64,000 bases of DNA. Source: Bacteroidota bacterium. Lineage in GTDB: Bacteria; Bacteroidota; Bacteroidia; Bacteroidales; WCHB1-69. The stretch covers positions 855 through 64,854 of the forward strand of contig WQTS01000137.1 of NCBI GenBank assembly GCA_009786185.1. The letters are read 5' to 3'. Each line of letters begins with the position of its first letter. The first letter of the stretch is position 1. The translations under genes were made by a program, and so were the position numbers. Shown here piece after piece: positions 9,580 through 18,952 of this stretch. Below the pieces are notes generated by a model. That model did not search any database, was not told the origin of the DNA, and saw only the letters and a list, made by a program, of their open reading frames with translations.

Positions 9580-10023
9580 CTACTGTTTAAAAGTTTCTAA
9601 CTTGCTTTTCGGATACTGTTTAAGAGCGTTTTTCGCACTTTCTTCATTAGTAAAAAAGTATCCGTTCACACAATACACCTCTTTTAGGTCATGCTTTTTC
9701 ATGATTTCAAAAGCCGACTTTTCAAGAGGATTCTCCGTTTTTTTAGGTGAGTCCCCTCCCTTTTTTTGCTCGCCAGGATCTCCTCCTGTTAGGTCTGTTT
9801 TATCGCCGCTGGTACCGCCAGTGTCGTTATTAGTTTCTTCGCCTTCCTGTTTCGCTTTGGCTTCCGCTTCTGCCTTTTCTTTAGCTTCCTGCTCCGCTTT
9901 TGCTTTGGCCTCTGCCTCTGCTTTTTTGGCGGCTTCCTTTTCTGCAGCTTTTTTAGCTGCCTGTTCTGCTTTGGCGGCTGCTTGTGCCGCTTTTTCTTCC
10001 GGTGTTAATGGTTTATTTGACAT
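9580..10023 (-). CDS. Ala/Lys/Glu-rich low-complexity virion-module protein
   Basis: 147 aa. The N-terminal ~60 aa are AKE repeats (AAQAAAKAEQAAKKAAEKEAAKKAEAEAKAKAEQEAKEKAEAEAKAK), followed by a Gly/Thr/Asp linker and a small globular C-terminus. Confidence 0.4.
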   Translation of the reverse strand: MSNKPLTPEEKAAQAAAKAEQAAKKAAEKEAAKKAEAEAKAKAEQEAKEKAEAEAKAKQEGEETNNDTGGTSGDKTDLTGGDPGEQKKGGDSPKKTENPLEKSAFEIMKKHDLKEVYCVNGYFFTNEESAKNALKQYPKSKLETFKQ

Positions 10024-10035
10024 GATATTAATTTT

Positions 10036-10521
10036 TTAAGTTTCTACAATAATTACTGGGATTGCTTTTATCTTCCCTGTGTTTTCTTTTTTCTTTTCGT
10101 ATTGGGCGAAAGAGAAAGTAACCTTAAACCAAACATTATTCTTTTCAAATGTAAAATCGCTTTCCGATTGGCGAACCAATTGCGTTGTGTCATCTACTTT
10201 TAACCCTTCAAAATGTTGAAAAATTTCTTCTTTGGAATCCAACAGCTCAATGGTTTCGTCTCTTAGCTCTGCTTTGTTAAAAGTGTCGGTTACTAACTCT
10301 TGATAAAAATATATACTTACGGTAGAGTCTCCTATTTGCCTGTGTTTTGCGAGGTTTGAAAAGCTCGCGCCTCCAAATTCAACTAATAATGCCGGTACCG
10401 GTATGGGATAATTTTCAGTATCTCGCTCAAATTGCTTTTTTTGCAAGTCAATGTACTGCAAGTGGGGCATTTTTGCTTGTGCCGTCTCTTCTACCAGTAA
10501 GTATATATCTTTAAGTTTCAT
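10036..10521 (-). CDS. head-tail module protein (unknown)
   Basis: 161 aa, between the capsid and sheath genes, separated from the capsid gene by only a 2-nt gap. Confidence 0.3.
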   Translation of the reverse strand: MKLKDIYLLVEETAQAKMPHLQYIDLQKKQFERDTENYPIPVPALLVEFGGASFSNLAKHRQIGDSTVSIYFYQELVTDTFNKAELRDETIELLDSKEEIFQHFEGLKVDDTTQLVRQSESDFTFEKNNVWFKVTFSFAQYEKKKENTGKIKAIPVIIVET

Positions 10522-10523
10522 TG

Positions 10524-11573
10524 CTACGCTTTTGCTAAATAAATTAAGCCTGAATAGCGGTTTGCGCTCATTTGAAAATCGGATTTAAACCTGTGTTGGA
10601 ATCCAAATTCATAAGCACGCCCTGTCGGGTTTTGAGATTTATTCAAATAGAACATTTCGTACATACCACCGGCACGGAACACTTCGCTTTTACAGAACAG
10701 GAGCGCACACGGAACCACGTTACCTCCAATAAGTGCACCCTGAGGCGCCAATTTATTTTGCGCAACATCCCATCCGATACCTAACTTGTCGCCTAACGAT
10801 TTATGAATTTTAAAGCCGTAGTACTCTACCATCGTGGGCTTAATTGTACCGTTTGGCGTAAGGTTTTTAAGCTGTCCTTTTAATATTTCATTATTGTTTA
10901 CCAAATCCCACCACATATCTGAGGGCAACACCAAATTCCTTCCGTCCGGGAACTCTTTGTTGTCGCAGTCGCGGGCTAAGGCAACAATATCATCAAGAGT
11001 AAGCATCTTATAGCCGCCTCTCGCCGGTCCCGAACTCGCCTGAATCGAAATCTTATTACCCGACTGTTTTGGCGCCCATGCGTAAGCCGTGTCCTGTACC
11101 TCTTTCTTTATAATGGCGTCTGCCGACTTCTTTGTGTAATACTGTACTTTTTCAAATGGCAGTGCGTGCAATAAAGCGTTTCTAATCTTGTAATTTTGCG
11201 AATCGTAAACGTCCAATTCAACTTTATGAACGGTCTCTTCCGGCTCTACGCTATCAATATCCGAAATCCTGTTTTTATATACGCTTGGGTCTGCCCCGGC
11301 TTCCGGAAATACCAATGTTTGTCCTTCGCTGACAAACATACTTAAGTCCTCTGCTTCATTCATCCATGTTTCAATCGCATCATATTCCTCCTTTAACGAT
11401 CGGAGAAAAACAATTTTTTGCGTATCCAAAGTAAGCGCGGCGCCCGCATCCATTAACACGGTTCCGCTACCGGCAACCAACAATCCAATACCGGTAGGCG
11501 TTGCCGCTCCTAACGATAAAATACCTGCCACAAATATGGCGACAATCGTAATAAATCCTAATAACTTTTTCAT
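10524..11573 (-). CDS. major capsid protein
   Basis: 349 aa, immediately downstream of the protease-scaffold gene. It has an unusual hydrophobic, Gly/Ala-rich N-terminus; an alternative start is M41 at 11453. Confidence 0.55.
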   Translation of the reverse strand: MKKLLGFITIVAIFVAGILSLGAATPTGIGLLVAGSGTVLMDAGAALTLDTQKIVFLRSLKEEYDAIETWMNEAEDLSMFVSEGQTLVFPEAGADPSVYKNRISDIDSVEPEETVHKVELDVYDSQNYKIRNALLHALPFEKVQYYTKKSADAIIKKEVQDTAYAWAPKQSGNKISIQASSGPARGGYKMLTLDDIVALARDCDNKEFPDGRNLVLPSDMWWDLVNNNEILKGQLKNLTPNGTIKPTMVEYYGFKIHKSLGDKLGIGWDVAQNKLAPQGALIGGNVVPCALLFCKSEVFRAGGMYEMFYLNKSQNPTGRAYEFGFQHRFKSDFQMSANRYSGLIYLAKA

Positions 11574-11602
11574 TGTTTACTTTCTTTTTTTGATTAATAC
11601 TT

Positions 11603-12604
11603 TTATTCAGCTTTTAAGTGCATGGCTTTGCTTTCCTGGGCAAAGTCCATTTCCAACTTTTTAAATTTTTCCGGTTCATTTTTAGCCATTAGCTCAAGCC
11701 CCTGCGGATCCTTTTTAAACCATTCGAGGTAATTCCAACCGTCCCGCCCGTTAGCAGATTTACCGGAGCCATCTTTTCCAAAGTTTTCCAATTTTGCACT
11801 TAGTTCTTTGCGTTCCTGCTCTTTTTTTTCTGTTTCTTCTGTTTTAGAGGTTTCCTCCACTTTTTCCGGTGTCGGTTCAGGGCGTGCCTCCAACATTTTT
11901 TCTACGCTGTCGGGATCGGTAATTGCCAATTTTTTCAAATGCTCTACTTCACCGTCAGCCACAACGCCGCGTTTTTGATGAAGTTTAATGAGAAGGGTAG
12001 CGTTTCGCTCCTTTTCGGTGGATAGCTGTTTGCTTAGCTCATCCACGTTGTTTTTTTCTTCTTTGTCCATTGTTTCTGGGTTTTCGTTTAACTTGATTTC
12101 TTTTAAATGATATTCACTCCCTGAATGGGATAGTTTTAATTCATTGTTATTTGATAATACTATTGCGTTTTTTTGTCCGGGAAGCGTTACGAGACTAATC
12201 TCCAAAAGTTCGCTTTTTGTTACAGTTCCATATCTTTGCCCTGGTACTAACAGGGAAGCATTATCACTTTCTTCAATCGGATCTATCCAAAGAGAACAGG
12301 CTTTCATGAATCCGTCCGCATATTTCCAATAAAGTTTTACTGCAAATTCATCGTTTCTATCAAATTCTACTGTTCCCAGCAGCTTCTCACCTTCTACACG
12401 TACGTTTTTCCACCTCCCAACCGGTATGTCTCTTACTTCATGGCGAAAGCAACAAATTGGATTTGCATTAAATGCTGTTAAATCAATGCCATCAACCAAA
12501 AGCCTCCACCCTTTCCGGTTTAGCGTATTGTCGCAAATTACGAAATCAAACTCTAATTTTTCGGGGAGTTCGCGGTTGCCTGAATTTTTACTCTTGTCTG
12601 CCAT
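11603..12604 (-). CDS. prohead protease fused to a scaffold domain (Mu gpI/Z-like arrangement)
   Basis: The N-terminal half resembles an S78/HK97-type prohead protease (FVICDNTLNRKGWRLLVDGIDL, CCFRHEVRDIPVGRW). The C-terminal half is a Glu/Lys-rich coiled coil. The start was moved to MADKSKNSG (ATG at 12604); the track start at 12685 adds an odd hydrophobic leader. Confidence 0.6.
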   Translation of the reverse strand: MADKSKNSGNRELPEKLEFDFVICDNTLNRKGWRLLVDGIDLTAFNANPICCFRHEVRDIPVGRWKNVRVEGEKLLGTVEFDRNDEFAVKLYWKYADGFMKACSLWIDPIEESDNASLLVPGQRYGTVTKSELLEISLVTLPGQKNAIVLSNNNELKLSHSGSEYHLKEIKLNENPETMDKEEKNNVDELSKQLSTEKERNATLLIKLHQKRGVVADGEVEHLKKLAITDPDSVEKMLEARPEPTPEKVEETSKTEETEKKEQERKELSAKLENFGKDGSGKSANGRDGWNYLEWFKKDPQGLELMAKNEPEKFKKLEMDFAQESKAMHLKAE

Positions 12605-12685
12605 AAAAACACTTTTTACTCTTGTTTTAGGTGGCAAAAATAAAACGCATAAATGAATCAAATAGAAAACATTGTTATCATTCAT

Positions 12686-12800
12686 GCGACCGTTGGTATC
12701 ATTACAATAAAATAAGATAAAAATATTTTGCTGTTATATTTTCGCACTCCAATATCCCTAAAAAGGATAAAAGTTAAACGAAAAAATTAAAAGCCATGTA
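12686..12800. promoter_or_regulatory. divergent late-promoter region between the two structural gene blocks
   Basis: A 115-bp (197 bp if the protease-scaffold start at 12604 is used) AT-rich gap separates the oppositely oriented protease-capsid-tail block and terminase-portal block. No specific motif is claimed. Confidence 0.35.
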
Positions 12801-13280
12801 ATGGGAAAATTTACAAAAATTGAAGGCGAAAAAAAACGCCAATACGGAAAATCGCTTTACGTTAAAGGGTTTGATATACCTACAATAAGCGACATTATCG
12901 GAGCTGCAGAAAGTACAGTTAGAAAGTGGCGCGATAATGATAAATGGGAGGACGCCCGAAATAGCGCGTTTATTGCCCTTTCAGAGCTTCGCAACACCAT
13001 ACTTCAGTCGTTTATAGATTTAAAGGATGGTAAAAAACCAAAAATAAAACCGGATGAAGCTGCTAAATATGCCTCCGCATTCGAGAGGCTTTCAGACCGG
13101 AAAAAGACATTGAGCTACATGTATGAGGCTTTTGAAATGCTTACCCATGCACTTACCAAAGACATTGAAGGGGCGGCAAATAAAAAAGACAAGGAACTTT
13201 CCCTTGAAATATTGAAACGTGTCCGCACAAAAACCGATACCATTATTACAAAATTAACCAACGAAACCCTAAACGATTAA
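12801..13280 (+). CDS. terminase small subunit (Mu gp27 / DUF1804-like)
   Basis: An N-terminal HTH-like segment (KKRQYGKSLYVKGFDIPTISDIIGAAESTVRKWRDNDKWEDARN) matches my recollection of the gp27 family. The gene lies two genes upstream of TerL. Confidence 0.55.
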   Translation: MGKFTKIEGEKKRQYGKSLYVKGFDIPTISDIIGAAESTVRKWRDNDKWEDARNSAFIALSELRNTILQSFIDLKDGKKPKIKPDEAAKYASAFERLSDRKKTLSYMYEAFEMLTHALTKDIEGAANKKDKELSLEILKRVRTKTDTIITKLTNETLND

Positions 13281-13281
13281 T

Positions 13282-13563
13282 ATGAGAAAACTGATAAGAA
13301 ATTTGGTTAGAAAAAATGAGCGGATCATGGCATTAATTACATGGTTCAATCGCTGGAGAGCCGTACGCTACTTTAAACGCATTAAACGCCGGGCAGACAA
13401 GCTAAAGAGGCAAACCGGAAGCCAGGTATTTGTTGTTAAAATAAAAGGCAATGTAACATATCTTACTAAGAAGCAATTCAAAGATATGCGGGCAAAAAAA
13501 ATGTTCCCCAAGCACTTTACTGCCGACTCTCTTAAACGCATTTCATTATACCATACCGCATGA
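13282..13563 (+). CDS. small basic hypothetical phage protein
   Basis: 93 aa, Arg/Lys-rich. It overlaps the TerL start by 4 nt. Confidence 0.35.
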   Translation: MRKLIRNLVRKNERIMALITWFNRWRAVRYFKRIKRRADKLKRQTGSQVFVVKIKGNVTYLTKKQFKDMRAKKMFPKHFTADSLKRISLYHTA

Positions 13564-15194
13564 CAAAACGAGAGCTGCAAGACCTTCGAGATCGGTACAT
13601 TCAACAGTCGAATCTTATCCGTAAAAGTACGGTAGAATCCATTATTAAGGAGCCTGAGGCTGAGCAGGAAAAACGTATAAAAATGCTGCTAAAGCCGGAA
13701 AATTACGGCTTGCTTTTCGACTATTATTTTGGTAGGGAAACCCCTATACCCTTGGCAGACTCACCAAGTGCGTGGTTCCATATTGACGTTTACAAAGAGC
13801 TTTATTTTAAGAATTACATTACGCTCTTTAATATCATATTTCGGGGCGGAGCAAAAAGCACGCACGCAAATTTAGGTTATCCGTTTGGGCTTAAGCAAAG
13901 TGAACTTGCAAAGTTTTTCCTGGTAGTGGGACAAAATGAAATGCGCGCAGCAATGCTCCTGCAGGATTTACAGGTACAGTTTGAGAGCAACGAGCGGATT
14001 ATTCGTGATTTTGGAGCGCAGAAAAGTTACGGAAGCTGGGCAGACGGGCAATTTGAAACTACAGACCGTTGCACTTTCATGGCTTTGGGTATTGACCAGC
14101 CCTTTCGCGGGTTACGGGCAAACGGTGTGCGTTTGGAATATGCCTCCATTGATGACATTGAGGATATGAAACGCTCGCTTAACACGTCTCTTATTCAGGA
14201 ATACTGCAATAAAATAACCGGTGATATTCAGGGGGCTTTCTCAAAAAACAGCGAACGAACCATCATCAATAATAATTACTTTGTAAACAACGGAATTATT
14301 GCTACTATGTTAAAGCGCAAAGGCTTTAATCCAAAGAAACTAAAAACCACCGAAAACTTTGTAAAACGGGAAAAATACGCTACCCTGTTTTTGGTAAACC
14401 TTACAACAAAATATTATCAGGAAATAGAAGCCAATCCGGATACGCAGTGGGAACCAAGCTGGGAACGTTACACAAAAGAGGACTGCCTGCGCAAAATTGA
14501 ACAGTATAAAAACGACAAGGCTACACTGTCGAATGAGTTTTACAATACACCGGTAAAAGTAGGGCGCCTGTTTAAAGCTGAAAAAATAAAATGGGTAAAA
14601 CCACGCCCACTTAAAGAGTATGACTTAATCGTGAATTTTTGGGACTTCTCATATTCAGCACAGGGCGATACGAAGGCAAACGTATCTATCGGGTGCCGCC
14701 CCGATGGGATGACGGTATTAAATCTGTTTTGCAAGAACTGTGATATTGCAGATGCTTTGCAATACCATTTTACCAACATTTACACGATGTTTAAACAAAA
14801 TAGCAACGTAGTAAGTTTCTACGATGCCAACGTATCTCAAAAATCAATTTATGAACCGGTATTGATTGCAGCAGCCCAAAAATACAAGTCAAACTTTATT
14901 CCGTTACCGTCCCACAACCCAACAGACAAATACATAAAAATCAGTACCATTCTTGGAAGTGCATTTGGAAATGACAGGCTGGCATTTTCGGAAGACTTAC
15001 AAAACTCCTCCGACTGGGAGGAGGCATCACACCAGCTTTTCAGTTTTGAAAAAGGCAGCAAAATACACGACGACTTCCCCGATGCGCTCTCAGAGTGTGT
15101 AAGGCAAGCACAACTATTATATTGCATTATGCCGGAAGGAGACATGGAAATTACAAAGCCCACTTTCGGTAAAAGAAAAAGAGGAGGATACTAA
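13560..15194 (+). CDS. terminase large subunit
   Basis: 544 aa, upstream of the portal gene, with the size and layout of an ATPase-plus-nuclease protein. Confidence 0.75.
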   Translation: MTKRELQDLRDRYIQQSNLIRKSTVESIIKEPEAEQEKRIKMLLKPENYGLLFDYYFGRETPIPLADSPSAWFHIDVYKELYFKNYITLFNIIFRGGAKSTHANLGYPFGLKQSELAKFFLVVGQNEMRAAMLLQDLQVQFESNERIIRDFGAQKSYGSWADGQFETTDRCTFMALGIDQPFRGLRANGVRLEYASIDDIEDMKRSLNTSLIQEYCNKITGDIQGAFSKNSERTIINNNYFVNNGIIATMLKRKGFNPKKLKTTENFVKREKYATLFLVNLTTKYYQEIEANPDTQWEPSWERYTKEDCLRKIEQYKNDKATLSNEFYNTPVKVGRLFKAEKIKWVKPRPLKEYDLIVNFWDFSYSAQGDTKANVSIGCRPDGMTVLNLFCKNCDIADALQYHFTNIYTMFKQNSNVVSFYDANVSQKSIYEPVLIAAAQKYKSNFIPLPSHNPTDKYIKISTILGSAFGNDRLAFSEDLQNSSDWEEASHQLFSFEKGSKIHDDFPDALSECVRQAQLLYCIMPEGDMEITKPTFGKRKRGGY

Positions 15195-15195
15195 T

Positions 15196-15615
15196 ATGTT
15201 TCTACAAAAAGAAGAACTAAAAACCGTTTCAACGGAAGAGATTATCAACAAAATCATCGGCGGCGATGACGATATTGTTACCAATATTATCAATGAAAGC
15301 ATTGCGCTAATGAAAGGTTATATGAGCCGTTTTTACGATGTGGAAGAAATATTTAGCCGTGAGGGTGCGGAAAGACACCTGGCAACGCTTAAACGTTTAA
15401 AAGACATCGTAATTTACGAAATATACGAGCGGCACACGCGAAATCAAAACGCTGTAGCTGCACGCCGGTATAACGAGGCAATGAACTGGCTTGAGAAACT
15501 ATCTACCGGGGAACTGGGCGACAAAACATTGCCACCGGTTAAAAAAATAGAACCCATTAGCCAATCGGGAGAAAGTCGTTTTGGCGGAAACAGAAAATAC
15601 GAATCAATCTACTAA
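15196..15615 (+). CDS. DUF1320-like head protein (Mu gp36-like)
   Basis: 139 aa. The pattern ESIALMKGYMSRFYDV...IVIYEIYERH...RRYNEAMNWLEKLSTGEL resembles DUF1320. Confidence 0.5.
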   Translation: MFLQKEELKTVSTEEIINKIIGGDDDIVTNIINESIALMKGYMSRFYDVEEIFSREGAERHLATLKRLKDIVIYEIYERHTRNQNAVAARRYNEAMNWLEKLSTGELGDKTLPPVKKIEPISQSGESRFGGNRKYESIY

Positions 15616-15618
15616 AAT

Positions 15619-16884
15619 ATGAAACCACAAATACTAAAGCCGGTACATACGCGCCAACTGGCGGCACAGGAAAGCAAAAGGAAACACGGGAAAAAGCCGG
15701 AAATCAAAATCAATACCGGCAATAAAATGGAAATTGACTATTTCCGTTTTTACGAATCCCTGTATCGCAAAGAGATTACAGATTGGGTAAGTGCACGAAC
15801 CTCCCGGCGCGATCCGTTCAATCCGATAACATACCCCATTCAACAACTCTACAAAGATGCCATGTTGGATAACCATTTACAGGGAGCAATAGAGAATCGT
15901 ATTTTGCGAGTGCTCAACAAAGAAATACTTGTAAAAGATGCCAACGGGAAAATAGATGATAAACTTTCTGCACGACTGCAAACAAGGTGGTTTCGCCATA
16001 TTATCCGGAAAGGAATGGAAAGTAAATTTTTTGGGTATTCACTTATCTTTATAGAAAATCCCGATACTCCAACTCCAACAATTATAGACTTTCCACGTGA
16101 GTGTGTAATACCGGAAAAAGGCATTGTGTTAAACAATCCCTTTGACCCCAATTCCGTAGCAATAAAGTACGGTGAATTCCCATCTTTCTTTTTGTTTGTC
16201 AGCTTGGGTAGCGATTTGATAGGCATATTGGAACGTGTAGCCCCCATGACTATTTTTAAACGCCACTCATGGGCGAACTGGGATGAATTTGAACAGATAT
16301 TCGGAATTCCAATCCGCATCGCCCGCACGTTCATCAATACACAATCATACAAAGATGAATTACAGATGTGGCTCGAAACGATGGGCACCAGTTCCTACGG
16401 TATTTTCGATAAACAAACCGATATTGAAATTAAGGAAAGCAACCGTTCCGATGCTTTCAATGTGTTTTATCAAAAAATACTTGCCGTTAATAAAGAAATA
16501 AGCAAGGGGATTGTAGGACAGACCATGACCATGGACGACGGCAGTTCGCAAAGCCAAGCCGAAGTGCACCTGAAAATATACGATGAAATCACCAATGCGG
16601 ATATTACCGATGTGGAAGACTGGATTACCGACAATGTTTTTCCCTTGTTAAGGAACTCCGGTATTGATATTCCCGAAGGATACTATTTGTCCATTGTAGA
16701 AAAGGAAGTGGTTAGGCCCATGGACAAAATAAAGATTGATGCTGTTCTTTTGCAAAGCGGGTACAATATCACTCCCGAATACATAGAAGATTTTTACGGG
16801 ACGCCGCTTGACAAGGATGAACCGCGTAGTGCTGGAACATCTCTACAACTTTCACAAAACCGTTTAGAGAGTTTTTTCGCGTAG
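15619..16884 (+). CDS. portal protein (Mu gp29 / DUF935-like)
   Basis: 421 aa, between the TerL and MuF genes as in Mu. Confidence 0.7.
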   Translation: MKPQILKPVHTRQLAAQESKRKHGKKPEIKINTGNKMEIDYFRFYESLYRKEITDWVSARTSRRDPFNPITYPIQQLYKDAMLDNHLQGAIENRILRVLNKEILVKDANGKIDDKLSARLQTRWFRHIIRKGMESKFFGYSLIFIENPDTPTPTIIDFPRECVIPEKGIVLNNPFDPNSVAIKYGEFPSFFLFVSLGSDLIGILERVAPMTIFKRHSWANWDEFEQIFGIPIRIARTFINTQSYKDELQMWLETMGTSSYGIFDKQTDIEIKESNRSDAFNVFYQKILAVNKEISKGIVGQTMTMDDGSSQSQAEVHLKIYDEITNADITDVEDWITDNVFPLLRNSGIDIPEGYYLSIVEKEVVRPMDKIKIDAVLLQSGYNITPEYIEDFYGTPLDKDEPRSAGTSLQLSQNRLESFFA

Positions 16885-16922
16885 GGGCGGGAATAAGCCG
16901 CCCGCTAACAGGTTTTCCCGAA

Positions 16923-18125
16923 TTGGATAAATTGTATTTCAACAACAATTTAATATCATTTCAGCTATGTTTAAATGAGTTTGCCGAAACGCTACAACTT
17001 ACCGCAAAACCGCAAGCCCATAAAATTATTGAGGATATTAAAAACGGATATGCCGGCGCGCATCCGGAACTGTATAACGAATACTGCAGCAATCTTAAAA
17101 AAGCTGTAGCCCGTGTTTTTCAAAACTCTGAATATGGCGACCGGTTCTTTGACTTGCGAGCGCAATTTGAGGCAAATGCCGCACGATTTTCGGCATACAA
17201 AGCCTACCATGCCACACAGCAAATAAATGCCAAGCGTGCCGATAAAAACGGCGTGGAACGCAGCTTTGAAGCATACCAAAAAGAAGCGCAAAAAGTGATA
17301 AGCGCCTTTAACCGTTATCAGGTAGCAGAGCACAACACTGCCGTGGCGCGATGCAGGACAGCAAAGCAGTGGCAGGAGTTTACCGGCGATAAAACCGGAA
17401 ACGAAATATTTCCCTACATTATGTGGCTGCCAAGCCGTAGCGTAACGCGCAGGGAGGAACACATTGTATTTTACAACAAGTACTGGCCCAAAGATTCCCC
17501 ATTTTGGAACCAAAACCAACCCGGTAATCTTTGGAACTGTAAATGCGACTGGCAGGAAACAGACGGCAGCGATGGAACACCGGGCGAGGACACGTGGAAA
17601 CAGGTAAATCATAAAGGGCTGGAAGGAAACCCCGCACAAACAGGTGAGATATTTTCAGATAAGGCTACCTACTTTACACAAGTAAACGCCAGGCAAAGAA
17701 GTGAAATTGAGAAAGAACACAGGCATTTTTCAAAAGAAGAGTGGAAATCGAAACTAAGTCAATTTTACGAGAAAACTGCGAAAGTAGAGATAGAAAATAA
17801 ACCCGCGAAGGTAGGATTTGACAAATATGGGCTCCGGCACTACCTGCAGGATTTATGTGGTGATAATTTTGTTTTAAAGAACAATCTCATACCACACTTG
17901 GACAAAATTATTGAAAGCGGAACACTGGTAGCTCACGAAGCAAACACAATGTATGAAAGCAAGAAGGCTAACCCCTACAAAAGAAAAATTATAGAGTTTT
18001 TTTATTTTAAGGTAACGCTACCCAATAAAAAAAATGCATTTATTTCAGTTTCAAAATTCAGTGATTCAGACTACCGGCTGTATGCAATTAGTAGCAATTT
18101 AAGAAAAACAGCCGGGTTGTATTAA
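16923..18125 (+). CDS. MuF-like head morphogenesis protein with a ~185-aa C-terminal extension
   Basis: The MuF-type motif NQPGNLWNCKCDW lies near residue 205. The TTG start is as given in the track. About 185 further residues follow the MuF domain. Confidence 0.7.
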   Translation: MDKLYFNNNLISFQLCLNEFAETLQLTAKPQAHKIIEDIKNGYAGAHPELYNEYCSNLKKAVARVFQNSEYGDRFFDLRAQFEANAARFSAYKAYHATQQINAKRADKNGVERSFEAYQKEAQKVISAFNRYQVAEHNTAVARCRTAKQWQEFTGDKTGNEIFPYIMWLPSRSVTRREEHIVFYNKYWPKDSPFWNQNQPGNLWNCKCDWQETDGSDGTPGEDTWKQVNHKGLEGNPAQTGEIFSDKATYFTQVNARQRSEIEKEHRHFSKEEWKSKLSQFYEKTAKVEIENKPAKVGFDKYGLRHYLQDLCGDNFVLKNNLIPHLDKIIESGTLVAHEANTMYESKKANPYKRKIIEFFYFKVTLPNKKNAFISVSKFSDSDYRLYAISSNLRKTAGLY

Positions 18126-18203
18126 CTTGGGGATGAAACCTCCCCTTTGCAAGACAACTCGGCAGTTTGTGCCGCGAAAATAGTATAAATTTAATATAAA
18201 ACC

Positions 18204-18662
18204 ATGACATCAAAAGAATTTAGGAAATATCTGCAGTCTAAACAGGAAGAAATAAAAAAGGCAATGGAGGAAACCATACCAAAAAAAGCCGCCAATAAAG
18301 CCGTGCTACATTTCAAAAAGTCATTCCAGGATGAAGGGTTTACTGATAATAATTTGGAAAAATGGCAAGAGGTAAAACGCTGCGAAAACCCAAAGCGTGC
18401 CGATCTTGCCAAAGCAAAGCTGCCTGTACTTACCGGAACCGGAGACTTGGGCCGCTCCATAAAAGCGACAACGGAACCCGGCAAGGTTACCATTACCTCT
18501 GATTTACCCTATTCATCTGCCCACAATGAGGGAACAAACAACGCCGGAAGAAATCGAAATGTGGTTATCCCTAAGCGCCAATTTATCGGTGAATCGGAAA
18601 CACTGAATAAGGAAATTGAAAAGGTGATTGTAGATGAACTGAGTAAAATACTGAAGAAATAA
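18204..18662 (+). CDS. virion morphogenesis protein (Mu G-like)
   Basis: 152 aa. LPVLTGTGDLGRSIKATTEPGKVTITSDLPYSSAHNEG matches the pattern of the G/tail-completion family. Confidence 0.55.
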   Translation: MTSKEFRKYLQSKQEEIKKAMEETIPKKAANKAVLHFKKSFQDEGFTDNNLEKWQEVKRCENPKRADLAKAKLPVLTGTGDLGRSIKATTEPGKVTITSDLPYSSAHNEGTNNAGRNRNVVIPKRQFIGESETLNKEIEKVIVDELSKILKK

Positions 18663-18692
18663 AAAAAGCCCCGAATTTTTTGGGGCTTTTTT
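18661..18692. terminator. bidirectional rho-independent terminator between the convergent head and early operons
   Basis: The sequence is aaaaaaAGCCCCgaattttttGGGGCTtttttt: a 6-bp GC stem flanked by an A-run and a T-run. Confidence 0.7.
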
Positions 18693-18939
18693 ATTGGTCG
18701 AAGGTTAATGTAGTTTGATTACCCGGATTCTGTTTTTCTTTTTCCTGCTCAATACGGCTACGCAAGTTTCCTTCTCCTAAAATGCGAATGAAAGAATCAT
18801 ACCCCTCAAAATACTGTTTTTCTTTTCGCAGGTTTTTCCATATTTGTTTTAGCGTAATGTATATGTACCTTTCCTGCTGTTTTTTTACAAGCTCCTGTAC
18901 GTGTTGCGCCTTTTCCAAATAATTAATAGATGTTCTCAT
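18691..18939 (-). CDS. hypothetical phage protein (last gene of the early/middle operon)
   Basis: 82 aa, charged and helical. A regulator role is only a guess from its position. Confidence 0.3.
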   Translation of the reverse strand: MRTSINYLEKAQHVQELVKKQQERYIYITLKQIWKNLRKEKQYFEGYDSFIRILGEGNLRSRIEQEKEKQNPGNQTTLTFDQ

Positions 18940-18952
18940 GATTCAATGTTAT

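Noticed and set aside
9422-10039. 205-aa + strand ORF
   Set aside because: It is antisense to the Ala/Lys/Glu-rich gene and the sheath gene start. Its Ser/Ala/Phe/Leu low-complexity sequence is the complement of the AKE repeat.
15849-17639. Minus-strand ORFs 15849-16388 (179 aa) and 16992-17639 (215 aa)
   Set aside because: They are fully embedded antisense in the portal and MuF genes, which have recognisable family motifs. The antisense translations have odd composition.
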